A program made the translations under genes and the position numbers. From positions 56,213,906-56,277,905 of the forward strand of contig NC_068993.1 in assembly GCF_001194135.2 (NCBI RefSeq): a stretch of 64,000 bases of DNA, read 5' to 3'. Positions 27,481-40,700 of the stretch are shown here, in pieces; position 1 is the first letter of the stretch; every line of letters begins with the position of its first letter. The notes under the pieces were generated by a model, which worked only from the letters and a program-made list of their open reading frames with translations, ran no database searches and was not told the origin of the DNA. Source of the DNA: Octopus bimaculoides. Lineage: Eukaryota.

Positions 27481-28624
27481 AATGTTCCTTAGCATAGAAG
27501 TGTATAAAATGCAATCACACACACACGCACACATCTGAACTACACACACGTATTCAAACGTATACATTTTGACGCATACTATATAAGTATGGCCATTGTA
27601 TGGCTCTTTCTCTAGTCCAGAAGAAAGAACCATAACTACCACCAACCTCATTCTCACAAGCTCCACATTTCTGTATAACTTGGCATCAAAACAAACATGT
27701 GTGTGCGTGCATGCGCATTCGTGCGTATGTGTTTGTATGTGTGGGTGTGCGCCTGCGCGTGTGGATAAAAGATACTCGTTCGTGAGAAAATTGCCAATAA
27801 AACTGGAAGGCCAGTAGAAGACGACGAAAATATATTTTCCCCGCTCGAATTGTGCAGAGAGTACCTTGTTGCACGCCCCAGTGTAAATGCAGTGAACCGA
27901 TATGAAGCCAGTTGTAAGCTGATAATCAATGGTTCTATTATTCTCAGATTGTTTGCAATATAAATTTACATACATACATACATACGTATATACATATACA
28001 CGTACATACATATATGCATGCATACACAAATATATGTACTCACATATACACAAATTTAAACACACACACACATATGTGTATGTTATATGAGGTATGAAAA
28101 CAAAGGTGCGCAAGCACGTGTTTGCGTGAGTGTATCAGTAGTTATGGTATTCGACTCACTATCTTGCGATCGTGAGTTCGATTGCAGGCGGTGCATTGTA
28201 TCCTTGGGCAAAACACTTTATTTTCCCTTACTCCACTCCACTCAGCTGGCAAAAATTAGTTGTACCTGTGATTCAAAAGAGCCAGCCTGGTCACATTCTT
28301 TGTCACGCTGAATCTCCTTGAGAACTACGTAAAAGGCACACGTGTCTGTGGAGTACTCAGCCACTTTCCCGTTAATTTCACCAGCAGGCTGTTCCGTTGA
28401 TCGGAACATTTGTCGTCGTAACTGACGGTGTGCCTTTGATATATTACAATATGTACGTGTGTGTGTATGCATGTATATATGTATGTATGTAGGTACGTAC
28501 GTGTGTGTGTGTGTAGGTATGTATGTATATAGGCGCTGGCGTGGCTGTGTGGTAAAAAGCTTTCTTCCCAACCACATGGTTCTAGGTTCTGTTCCGTTTC
28601 TTGGTGCCTTGGACAAGTGTTTTC

Positions 28625-29120
28625 TACGAGGGTCAGTTGAAAAGTTCATAGACTGACCAAATGAGGTTTATTTTTCAACACAGTACCCCTCGCGGGTCCA
28701 CATACTTCTCTAATTGATGCTGTGCTTGGATTCCATTGATGAAGAAACTTTCTTCCTGTTGGTCAGATATGACGTCATCACTGCGTCTGACCAACCAGTT
28801 CAAAATTACAGTCACGCACAGCAGTCATTGGAACAAAGGGCTTGTGTGCTGGAGCACCGTCTTGATCAAACAACGCCCCTTTTGTCATTTTTCTTGGGCG
28901 TTTGGTCTCGATTACCTTTCGAACTACCTCAGCAAGTTGGCACAATACTTTCCATTGATGGTGTGGCCAGAGCTGGAATAACCATTATGCAAAATAAGCA
29001 TGTGCTTAGGGCATCAAGAGGTGGGTGGGTGGGGGTTTTCCACAGAAATTGTAAATGGTTTACGACACAAAAGAAATCACTTTAAACTTGCTAAAATAAT
29101 ATTCAAAGTGGTTTATATGA
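28625..29120 (-). mobile_element. Mariner-like element remnant
   Basis: Terminus TACGAGGGTCAGTTGAAAAGT followed by mariner-type decayed coding sequence. Confidence 0.55.
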
Positions 29121-29378
29121 TTCGAAATATAATTTCGAAGGGTTCTTGGTGTCATAGTGAGGGTCCGATTAAAAACTTTGCAATTTAAAACATCTTGCTG
29201 TTTTGTTTCGTTTTGAAAAATAAAAATTTATTTTATGGTTTAATGTTGTTTATATTTTGGATTACATACATATGGGGGCGTCTGTTGTTGTTCTTTTCGT
29301 AAATTCTCCCATATATATATATGTATGTATGTATATATACATATATATATATGTATATACATGCACGCACACACACAC

Positions 29379-29409
<31 letters not shown>

Positions 29410-29894
29410 TGTGTGTGTATAGTATGTATGTTTATTCCTCACCAGCGCTTGGCACTCGATATTGGTATGTCTACGTCCATGTAACTAACCAGTTCAGCAA
29501 TAAAGTCCGATAGAATATGTACCAAGCTTTTAAAAAAAAATAATGAAATAAGTCAATTCGTTCGACTAAAATCCCCCAAGGCGGTGCTCCAGCATGGCTG
29601 CAGTCTGATGACTAAAACAAGTAAAAGATTAAAAAAAAATTTTCAATAATAATAATAATAATAATAATAAAAAATGATATATACTCATGCACAATAGTAT
29701 GAAACTTTATAAACAGGAGATAAACTGCAGTGAAAGCAAACCATTTATAACATGTTTTATGGTATAACTTAAAATGTTACATAACATGTTTTATTGAATG
29801 AGGACTTTAGGAAGTTTTCTTGTAAGAGTCTCTCTGAGCGATACCTGACATTTCACAGTGGAAAAAAAAATAATAAAAGGCAAACAACAAATAA

Positions 29895-30260
29895 GTTACG
29901 TTGCTAACACCACCACCACCACCACCATCGTCGTCGTCATCATCATCATCACCACCACCATTATCTCCACACCACCACCACCACCACCCTCGCCACCGCT
30001 CTTACTACAACTATTAACACTAGCTCCATAAACGCAACATACAAACCACACTACTTTCACAAATATATCTACCACCAACACTACTGGTGTTTGCAGTAGC
30101 GGTGGTAGCATTGGTGGTGGTGGTGGTTGCGGAGGTGGTGGTTGTAGTAGAAGCAGTGGTGGTTGTGATGGTAGTGATGATGGTGGTAATTGCTGTGGTA
30201 TTGGTGGTACTGTTCTTGGCTTCAGTATCAATAATAATAATAATAATAATAATAATAGTA
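29895..30260. repeat. Trinucleotide simple repeats (CAC)n, (GGT)n, (AAT)n
   Basis: Direct reading. Confidence 0.9.
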
Positions 30261-31089
30261 ATAGCTTCAAATCTTGCCACAAGGGAAGTCATTTTGCGGG
30301 AGGAGATGTATCGATTACATCGACCCCAGTACGCAACTGGTATTCAATTTATCGACCCCCCCAAAAGGCTGATAGGCAAAGTCGATATAGAGTCAAAATT
30401 AAAAATAGATTGACAAAATAATTTTTGGAACCAGTTGAAGACACACAAGATGTCGAAATATCGTTCACTAGATAACAATGGCACTCTTCTTTTAATTTTG
30501 ACTCTATATCTTCAGGAGGAGTTACCTCAATTCTTTCTATATTATTATTATTATTAATAATAATAATAATAGTAATAATGTTTTCTATATTGGATACGAG
30601 GGTCGAACACAAAACAAATAGAGACAAGGCAACACAAGCGGCAAGTAGAGCGTAGCACTAAACTTAGTGTATAAAATTAAAGGAACAATTAACAACAAAA
30701 ATTCCCCAAAAAGGAGGAGTTCCACCCAAGGACAACCGATGAATCCCATACATCCTGGTCACCCCCAACTGCCAAGGGCATTTCAGCAGGTGCCTCCCCC
30801 CCTTCAACTCCTCCGGTTTACAAGTTTATGTTCAGAGTAGGCCCATTCATGCAGGCCAACCGTCACACCACGCTCCGTGTGATAACAACATCAAATAATA
30901 TCGCCATTACTGCAACAGCAGGGAAACTTCTTTCTTAGACATTTTGTCACAAAAATCAACGATTAAAATTGCACCCAAATGAAACCAGGAACATAATAAT
31001 GAATAATGTTCTCCTTCCTCCAAGGTCATGGCTCGTACCTTTTCCTTCTGTCGGACCCTTAAAGACAAGAAAGAAATAAAAAGAAAACT

Positions 31090-31346
31090 GAAAAGAGTTG
31101 GAGTAATTGTACAGGAAAGCTCGGAGAATAATTGGTGGATGTGAGAGTGCTGTCGTCTATGTGTGAAGATATGCAGATGTTTTATGAATGCATGGAGAAT
31201 CCCAGAGCTTGATGGAATCGTTGCACTCACCGACATCTACAACTACGAGTACCGTTACAGACAAATTCCTCAATTCTGGAAACTAGGAAAAATTATAACA
31301 ATTTTAAGCACTTCGCCTCTTCCGACAAAAATGGAAGTGAAGGGAC
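31090..31346 (+). mobile_element. Jockey/I-type LINE RT N-terminal fragment
   Basis: IPELDGIVALTDIYNYEYRYRQIPQFWKLGKIITIL resembles L..I.N......IP..WK.A.II.I.KP; runs into an N gap. Confidence 0.55.
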
Positions 31347-31689
31347 NNNNNNNNNNNNNNNNNNNNNNNNNNNNNNNNNNNNNNNNNNNNNNNNNNNNNN
31401 NNNNNNNNNNNNNNNNNNNNNNNNNNNNNNNNNNNNNNNNNNNNNNNNNNNNNNNNNNNNNNNNNNNNNNNNNNNNNNNNNNNNNNNNNNNNNNNNNNNN
31501 NNNNNNNNNNNNNNNNNNNNNNNNNNNNNNNNNNNNNNGGAGATACGTTTTGAATCATGGGTACTTGATTTTTTTTTTTTTCTTAAAGGGAAAATTTACT
31601 ATTTTATTTAAAATAAAATATTAATTTTTATCATCTAAATCAAAAGGTAGAAAGGGAAACTATCTCTTTATAAACAAATATCAGTTGCA

Positions 31690-32273
31690 ATGGGAGGAGT
31701 TAAAACTCATAAGAATGGAAAAACAGACAACAAATGGGTTGTACCTATAATGAAACTCTTTTAAGAGCATTCAAATGCCACTACAACGTTGAGATCGTTG
31801 CCTCAGTGAGGTCAATTAAGTACACGTTGAAAGGAAATGATCAAGCTGCTTTTCAAATAAACAATGATAATGAAATTAGTGAATATCTAATGGGTAGGAA
31901 TAGTGGACCATCCGAAGTAGTTGCATCCATTTTAGGATTTTCAATTCATGAAAGAACAACTGCAAGTTCATCAACCAGATGAACAAAGAATATTGCTCAA
32001 AAATTATAAGGATATATATAAGGCTGTCAACGAACAACATTGACAGAATTCTTTTCATTGTGCATTAATGATGACTTTGCAAAAACATTACTTTATGCTA
32101 AAGTACTCATGTATTTCATGCTAAAGTACTTATGTATTTCATTTGGAACAGCAATAACAAAGAACGGCAAAGAAGAAAGTGAGGAAAAAGAAGTTGAAGG
32201 CCATTTGAATGTTTTCAAAGCAGAAACACTTGGGCGTGTTTACGATGTCACACCAAAGGCCGGAGAACTGTAT
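31690..32273 (+). mobile_element. Helitron Rep/helicase remnant, interrupted by a SINE
   Basis: YNETLLRAFKCHYNVEIVASVRSIKY...EISEYLMGR...ILGFSIHER and DDFAKTLLYAKV...LGRVYDVTPKAGELY resemble Helitron YNP.LL....HINVE...S.K.IKY / GRVY.V.P...ELY motifs. Confidence 0.8.
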
Positions 32274-32615
32274 TACCAACCACATGGTTTCGGGTTCAGT
32301 CCCACTGCGTGGCACCTTGGGCAAGTGTCTTCTACTATAGCCTCGGGCTGACCAAAGCCTTGTGAGTGGATCTGGTAGACGGAAACTGAAAGAAGCCTGT
32401 CGTATATATGTATATATATATGTGTGTGTTTGTCTCCCCAACATCGCTTGACAACCGATGCTGGTGTGTTTACGTCCCCGTAACTTAGCGGTTCGGCAAA
32501 AGAGACCGATAGAATAAGTACTAGGCTTACAAAGAATAAGTCCTCGGGTTGATTTGCTCGACTAAAGGCGGTGCTCCAGCATGGCCACAGTCAAATGACT
32601 GAAACAAGTAAAAGA

Positions 32616-32620
<5 letters not shown>
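32274..32620 (+). mobile_element. SINE family A inserted in the Helitron remnant
   Basis: CpG-intact copy followed by (TA)n. Confidence 0.85.
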
Positions 32621-32680
<60 letters not shown>

Positions 32681-33676
32681 AACACAGATACATACATATA
32701 TGTATATATTTTTATTTTTATTACGAAAAATTTTTTACAGCTGAATAACCATGTAGAAGTTAATTTTTTTTACCTCTGTTAGTGACAGACATTTTCTAGA
32801 TACTGGAGACAACAGAACTCCTCATCTCTGCACATTTTTTTAAGAACACCCTGTATATGTACCAAAAGCAAAGAATGTGTTTGCATAGTTCTTTCACAGC
32901 CAGGCTTCCTAATGTTAACATTTCAATCTTGATTCATGCTGTTGTGCACAAAACACAGACATGCATGTGCATAAATATTGAATTCTTTTGCAGCTTTCGA
33001 AAATATCTTATATACCACAAAATATGTGATATTAGAACTAAACTGAAAAGGAAACAATGGAAAGAGAAATACCATAACACAATTGTGTTTTGTTTCAGTG
33101 TGTACAAGAGCAAATGTATGAGGCAGTGACAAAAAGTATACAAACTTAAAACCAGTTCAAATATGTTTGAGAGGTATTAGAACATGTAAAAACTTTTCAC
33201 AATTCTTAATTAAAACAGAATGTTAAAACACCATCGTCAGCTCACAAGAAACTGCAGTGAAAAAGCCTTTACAGGTTCAAACATCACTCAAACATATTTG
33301 AAACATTTTTAAGTATTTTTATACTTTCTATCACAGTCTCATGCAGCTGCTCACATATTTGTTCCAGTCTGGTGGCCTATGCATGCAATCAGTAAATAAT
33401 ATTCACTGATTTATGGATATAGGAAGCTTTACTTCATAATCAGCTGAGTTGCCTCCCTTGGTATCTGGAGCTGAAGAGAACAAAAGAGTTAGAAATGTAT
33501 CTATCAGTCCAACAAGGAGTACTCTGAGCTATGTTGTTTTAACACCTTTTTGTCTTAAACCAGAAGCTTTTCTCCATGACAAGCTGTAGTGAAAGGCCTT
33601 TACAGGGTCAAATAACTCTCAGACAAATGTGAACAGGTCTTACATGTACATGAGCATATATATATACATACATACA

Positions 33677-34387
33677 CACGTGTGAGGAGGTGCTGAAAAG
33701 TTCCTGGCTGTGGATAAAATAAAATACAGGAGAATCAGTTGTGATTTTACTCAACATATTCCCCTGTCAGATTCACACACTTATTGCAGTGGTCCTTCAG
33801 TTTTCAAAGCATGTTCAGTTGGAAGGGACGCCTGAGTTTGTTCAAAAGCTTTGTAGTACGGTCTTTCCTCTTGTCCTTGATGGCTTGGGATAAAAACTGG
33901 CCCTTTCTCATCTTGTATGAAGAATATAGAATGTTATCATGCACTACCTGCCTGATAAGAAACTAAGACACTTCCATGTCCCTGGTGATGGACCTGATTA
34001 ACTTGGAGGGGTCGTTGTCAATCATGGCCTGGATCTCACCAAGAAATTCAGTTCTTTTCTTATCAGAATGGTCAGAGTGAGTTTTCTGAGCTATTGTACC
34101 TTTGTAATCATCATTAGACTCATCCAACTCTTTTCAAGTCCTCTGCACTGTCCTCAGATTGACACCCAAACACTCTGAAATGTTCGTATTGGAGCTTCCA
34201 GCCCCAAATCCCAAGCAGTACAGCATGTTGTTTCCAAATTTTTGGCAGAATGAACTGCGTCATGGTGTTGCTTTTTTCACAGATGGTGCCTAACTGACCC
34301 TACTGTACTGTGTAGTCAACAAAATCAAAAACAAACAATGCACATAACTATAGATATAAAATGGTGACAGTTTACCCATCGCACCCT

Positions 34388-34390
<3 letters not shown>
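33677..34390 (-). mobile_element. Mariner-type terminus plus Tc1-like transposase N-terminal remnant
   Basis: GAGGAGGTGCTGAAAAGTTCC terminus; minus frames MTQFILPKIWKQHAVLLGIW...ISECLGVNLRTVQR and EIQAMIDNDPSK; CACCCTGTA end at about 34383. Confidence 0.6.
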
Positions 34391-34419
<29 letters not shown>

Positions 34420-34930
34420 GCCACTCACTTGTCGTGGGGAGGTTGTCTCCCCTATCAGTAAATAGAAAATGTGCCTCTGTGGTTAGGGTGCTTTGACTCT
34501 TATTTCTAGCAATGCTGGTGCTCCCTGCACTCTTTGTCACTTTTTAGTGACGGTGAATTGTTTCCTTTTTTGGAACTGAAATGTGTCTAGCCACTTAATT
34601 ATTATATATATATATATGCAATATAGTGTTCTTGTTTAGCTCCAGATCAGCCCTGATCAAAGACATTCCTGTAGTAATCATCCCATCTTTTTTTCCTGTG
34701 TTGAAAACTCAGACCCACAATATTCATTTCAGTCAGTAATGTTCAACAAATTACAAATAAATACAAATTTTACTTAATGAAAAATTACATATGAAATACA
34801 ATGAAAGAATTGATTCGAAAATAATGTTCTCTCTTATCTTTCTAGAAGTCAATCTGCACCAAAATTTGTTGTACAACAAATTTTTGTCCACACACCCCCA
34901 TAACATAATGTGTGTGCACTGAATGTATAA

Positions 34931-34996
<66 letters not shown>

Positions 34997-36132
34997 CATT
35001 TACTACATCATTTTAGGTAACTAACATTTTGTACACACAATTTCCTGTACATGCATTAATTTCTCTCATAAAACATTGTGCAGACACACAGCTTAGAGAG
35101 AACAGTGAAACGTTTGTTGTCCATGTATTGAATGACAGTGAACAATCACTGCAATCAAGCTAACAATGGATCCTCCATGTGACTGACTTGCTAGAAACAA
35201 CAGCCAAATACATTCAAATCATACTGTTTAAAATGAAACAAAAAGTTACTGACACTCTTTTTCTCTCCCTCCAACTAGGGTAACCATCTATTTCCTCTAC
35301 AGCAAAACATCTGTTTCTCTCCCTCTGTCATATGCTAACCTCTCACCACCAGGCACAGAGCCACTGCCTTCTATACCACCCCACCTTTCAAAGGATTTTT
35401 ATTCTCATAAGCTATTTGCTGACCTCACCTGTGCTGGTGCCATGTAAAAAGCATCCAGTCCACACTGTAAAGTGGTTGGCGTTTGAAAGGCCATCCAATA
35501 GTAAAAACCATGCCAAAGTAGACCTCACTGGTACTAGTACCACATAAAAAACACCCAGGTCACTCTATAAAGTGGTTGGCATTAGGAAGGGCATCCAGAC
35601 ATAGAAACCATTCCAGAGCAGACAGTGGAGCTTGATGCAGTCTTCTAACTTACCCAGTTTCTGTCAAACCATCCAACCAATGCCAACATGGTAGACAGAT
35701 GTTAAATGATGATGATGATGATGGATAATGTAGAATGAAAAGAAAAAAAATATGGGATAGTTACAACGGCAATGCCTTTGATTGTGGGTTTAGGGCTCAT
35801 TAAGAACTGGTTAGGGAAAGGAATTAAACAACAACTGCAACAGAGAATATTCTAATAACAAACTGCAATAAGTTTGAAGGAGTTGTTTTCGTCAAAAACC
35901 TTTATGAACAACCATACATCCTTAGAGAATAAGAACAACATGAACAAGAGGTGAGATATTTAATAATAATATTAATAATAATAATAATAATAATCATAAT
36001 AAGAATAATAATAATGACAATTTAGTTATACAGGGAAAGTGGATGTTGTGATGTCGATGCCTTTCCCCAGGGCATTAGCAAAATAAGTGAAGCTGTTTCA
36101 GCCAGGAATCAAAACTTACTCAGATTTCATTG

Positions 36133-36171
<39 letters not shown>

Positions 36172-36194
36172 CAAAACAAAAACGATGATTTCTG

Positions 36195-36655
36195 AAATAT
36201 GCACAAGGCCTCAAATTTGGAAAGGGGAAACGCAGTCGATTATATTGACTCCAGTACTTGCCTGGAACTTATTGACCCTAGAACGATAAAAAGCAATGTT
36301 GACCCCCCCCCCCNNNNNNNNNNNNNNNNNNNNNNNNCACCAACTTCTGAAGGATTTGAACTCAGAACATAAAGGGACGTAACTAAACCAGCCTTATAAT
36401 AATGTTTCTAATTATTAATAATAATAATAATCCTTTCTACAATAGGCACAAGGCCTGAAATTTTTTCAGGGGAGAGGGTTAGTTGATTACATTGACCCCA
36501 GTGCTTAACTGGTACTTATTTTATCAGCCCCAAAAGGATGAAAGGCAAAGTTGACCTTGGCGGAATTTGAACTCGGAACATAGAGCTGAATGAAATGCAG
36601 TTAAGCAATTTGCCTGGTATGCCAACAATTCTGCCAGCTCGCTGCCTTTATGATA

Positions 36656-36707
<52 letters not shown>

Positions 36708-37092
36708 GTTATTATCATAATAAATGTTCCTAGTTGGGCACAAATCCAGGAAATTTGAGAAGGGATTAAACAATAATACTGACCCCAGAACTAGACTAGT
36801 AGGTACATTATTTTTATTCACCCCTGGAGGGATAAAAGGCAAAGCTGACCTTGGTGGGATTTAAACTAAGGAACTAGTAAAGAGCTGTAACTAAACACCA
36901 CAAGGTATTTTCTTCAATGATCCAACAATTCTGCCAACCCCATGACCTAATACAGGCACAAGGCCACAATCAATTCTTTGGAAGGAGGAGAGGGAGTATA
37001 GTCAATTACATCAACCCCAGTACATAACTGGTACTTTTGTTTATAGGCCCTGGAAGAATGAAAGGAAATGTTGACCTTGGCAGGTTTTGAAC

Positions 37093-37095
<3 letters not shown>
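36195..37095 (-). mobile_element. Cluster of four same-orientation SINE family D copies separated by (AAT)n or short spacers
   Basis: Each unit begins near (A)GGCACAA(GGCC) and contains GACC(T/C)(T/C)GG...TTTGAACT-type core. Confidence 0.7.
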
Positions 37096-37127
<32 letters not shown>

Positions 37128-37609
37128 GACAAAAGCTAACAGCATTCAGCAGTTGCATGTGGTGGTGGTGGGGGGTATGTAAACAAAATCTTGAGACAAA
37201 CAGGGGAGAGACAGACAGACAGACAGAGCAGAAATAGCAGGGTGGAGACAGAGAAAATAAACAGAGGAGGTGGGGAACGGAAAGAGAGGAGAAAAGAGAA
37301 AGAAAAAGGGAAAAGGAAGACAGTGAAAGGAGAGAGAGAGAGAAAGAGGGAAGAGAGACAGACAGAAATAAAAAGATGGAGAGACAATAAGAAAGTAAAG
37401 AAAAGAAGAGGGGAAACAGTCAGGGAGACAGTAAAGGGTGAAAGAGAGGGGCAGAGAGAGGGAGGGTAAACTGGCAGAGAATGGGAGAAAGAAAGAGAGT
37501 AGATAGATAAGAGAGAGAGAGGAAGACACACAGAATGTAAACAGACACAAAGACAAAAAAAAAAACAAGAAAAGAAAAAAAAAACAACAAAACATTAAAT
37601 TGCAGGAAG

Positions 37610-37717
37610 TTAAGCCTCCCAGTTCTTGTATTCCATTCCAGATGGAGGTTTCACATCGACTGCTTTCTCTCCAACTTCATTCCAGTTGGTGCTGAGAACT
37701 GTGCCACTTGACTCTAC
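37610..37717 (-). CDS. SUGT1: SUGT1 terminal exon 13 ([35 protein letters not shown])
   Basis: Canonical [10 protein letters not shown]...PP.GME.K.W terminus, TAA at 37612-37610. Confidence 0.98.
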   Translation of the reverse strand, partial: VESSGTVLSTNWNEVGEKAVDVKPPSGMEYKNWEA

Positions 37718-40700
37718 CTAGAAAGACAAACAGACAGACAGTATGAGTGAGTGAGTGAGAGACCAGAAAATATTCATTGATAATTATACATGATAGTAAT
37801 TTGACTGTGGCTATGCTGGAGCACCACCTTTAGTCGAAGAAATCAACCCCAGGACTTATTCTTTGTAAGCCTAGTACTTATTCTATCGGTCTCTTTTTGC
37901 CAAACCACTAAGTTACGGGGACGTAAACACACCGACATGAGTTGTCAAGTGATGGTGGGGGACAAACACAGACACACAAACATATACATATATACGATAG
38001 GCTTCTTTCAACTTTCGTCTACCAAATCCACTCACAAGGCTTTGGTCAGCCTGAGGCTACAGCAGAAGACACTTGCTCAAGGTATCATGCAGTGGGACCG
38101 AACTCGGAACCATGTGGTTGGGAAGCAAGCTTTTTACCACACAGTCATGTATATGCACATTATTAATGTTGGGCAAATGAGAAAGGCGTGCTCAATATGT
38201 GTTGTAGAGGATTTTTATTAAAACTGAAGGTGAGAGCTTGTGCATAACAGCTTTAGTTTTAATAAGAAATACACACACTCATACATACATACATACAAGA
38301 TGGATTCATTCAGTTTTCTTCAACTAAATCTACTCACAAGGCTTTGGTCAGCCTATGGCTATAGTAGATGACACTTGTCCAAAGTGCCATACAGTGGGAT
38401 TGAACCTGGAACCATGTGGTTGGGAAGCAAACTTCTTACCACATAGCCAAATCTTCACCTTAAAAAAACAAACAGGTTGCTAACTGGTCTTTCAATTTAT
38501 GTTGCTAGCAATTCACTCTGAGCTAGGAATGTCACAGAAACACATATCTATGACTGCATTATCTAATGTAGATTTTGATCTTGTTAGCAACACAGTATAA
38601 ACTAACTGTGAAAGATAAAGGGTTGATATATGCGTGTGTTGGCACCAGGTAAAAAGCATCCAGCACACTCTGTCAAGTGGTTGGCATTGGGAAGAGCATC
38701 CAACCATAGAAACCATGCCAAAACAGATGACTGGAGCCTGGTGTAGTCTTCTGGCTTGCCAGCTCCTGTCAAACTGTCCAACCCATGCCTGCATGGAAAA
38801 TGGATGTTAAATGATGATGATGATGATGATGATGATGTATGTGCACGAGATACTCAGTGGATTTGTAAAGAGAGTCTACTCACATAAGACTTCACCATGG
38901 CCCGCTTCACGTCATCATTGCCATCAGCATAGATCTGTTGAAACAAGTGGTTTAACGCTGCGTCACCTTCTGGCTTTTCATTCTTCTCTTCCTCAGTAAC
39001 TTCCTTCACAAACTTTTCCCAATTCCGAAAGTGACTCAAAGGCTTAGTCTCTTTAACATCTGCCGGACGAGGAGGAGAAAACATCACAACAACAAAATAA
39101 CAATGAGATAAATTTGTTTTTGACAGTGAAACTCTAAGTAGGTGTGTCTGTCTGTCTGTCTGTGCATGTGTGTGTTTGTCTGTACATGCATGTACATGGG
39201 TGTGAGTCTGTGCATGTGTGTGTGTGTGTGTGTGTGCATGCATCTGTGTGTGTATGTGTGTGTTTGTCTCCACCCATCACTGCTTGACAGTTGATTTGTT
39301 AATGTCCAAGTGACTTAACACTTCAGCAAAGACTGATAAATAACAGACTTGCTGATGATGATGATGAGGTTGATGGTGATGATATCAGAGATGGCAGCAG
39401 CTGTGATGGTGATGACTACAAGGATGGTGACAGATGCTTACCTTTTGATACTGAGGCATAGGGTGTGGTGATAGTGTTGTCTGCAGAACTTTCCAAGTGT
39501 TTCCAATGGATATCTTCTTTCTTTTTGAGCTTCACTTCAATCTGTGTGCAAACGAGAGGAGAGACAGCCAACTGATCAGAGGGAGGTGGGCTTTTTTTTG
39601 TGTGTGTGTGTGTCTCTCCCACATGGGAGCCAAGGGAAGATATTGCCAAAAGAGTCTCAATACAGTTACTCAAGCTACTTGAAATAGCAATTAAATCTCC
39701 CTCAAATTACACCCACCCCCATTAAAAAAAAGAGAAAGACATACTTAACTATATAGTCCTAGTTATATAAAAGACAGGAAAGATGCTTACAGTTATAATC
39801 CCTTTACTTGGTCAGGGTTGGCTTAAGGCCAAGCAATAACAGGTGGGGAGTTCCTAAGAACCACAAGGTTTTATGAGATGAAGTAGATTAAGGAAATGAA
39901 CCTACTATTAAGATGTCAGAAAATGAGCTTCTAAGTAGCTTTTCAACTTGCTAGAAATATCAGCCAAATACCACTTAATACCCTGTCATCTTTAAAAAGT
40001 AAGACACTTTGGATAATGTAGTCCTACATACTCTTGAATAAGATGTGCTGGTCATGGATAGAGTACTTTGATTTTAAATCTGTACCATAGACAAAACTTT
40101 TATCAACAGTTGATTGACAAGAGTTTAGTGTTGCATCATCATCATCATCAAATAAATGTCCATTTATCATGCTGGCATGGGTTGGACGGTTTGACAGGAG
40201 TTGGTAAGGCTAGGAGTCACACCAGATCCCATAGCCTGTTTTGACAGTTGGATGCCCTTCTTAATGCCAACCACTTTATAGAGTGTGCTGGGTGCTTTTC
40301 ATGTAACACCAGCACCAGTGCTTTCTATGTGGCACTGGCACCAGTGCTTTTTATATGACACCAACACCAGTACTTTTTATGTGACACTGGCACCGGTACT
40401 TTTTAAGTGGCACCAGCACCAGTGCTTTTCAGGTGGCACCAGCACCAGTGGTTTTTATATGGCACCGGCCCAGTGATTTTTACAAGGCACCAGCACGAAT
40501 GCTTTTTACATGGCACCAGCACCAGTGCTTACATTAAATGAAAAGAAAAGAAAAAAGTGTTTGTTCTGTTTCTCCATTTCAACCTTACTTAATCCCCACC
40601 ATCTTTCACAACAGAAAATCCCAAAGTGTGAAACTTACTTTCAAAGGTGTGACTTTAACTTGACATTCAGCTGGGACAATAGTGTTGGCAAGATTTAGCT

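Noticed and set aside
29896-30413. Signal-peptide-like, mucin-like or poly-Pro ORFs
   Set aside because: Produced by (AAT)n, (GGT)n and (CAC)n repeats; no splice or codon support.
40300-40530. Repeat-spacer-like array (GGCACCAGCACCAGTG units; also 44575-44800)
   Set aside because: Not CRISPR: eukaryotic DNA, no unique spacers, no cas genes; it is the internal minisatellite of family C repeats.
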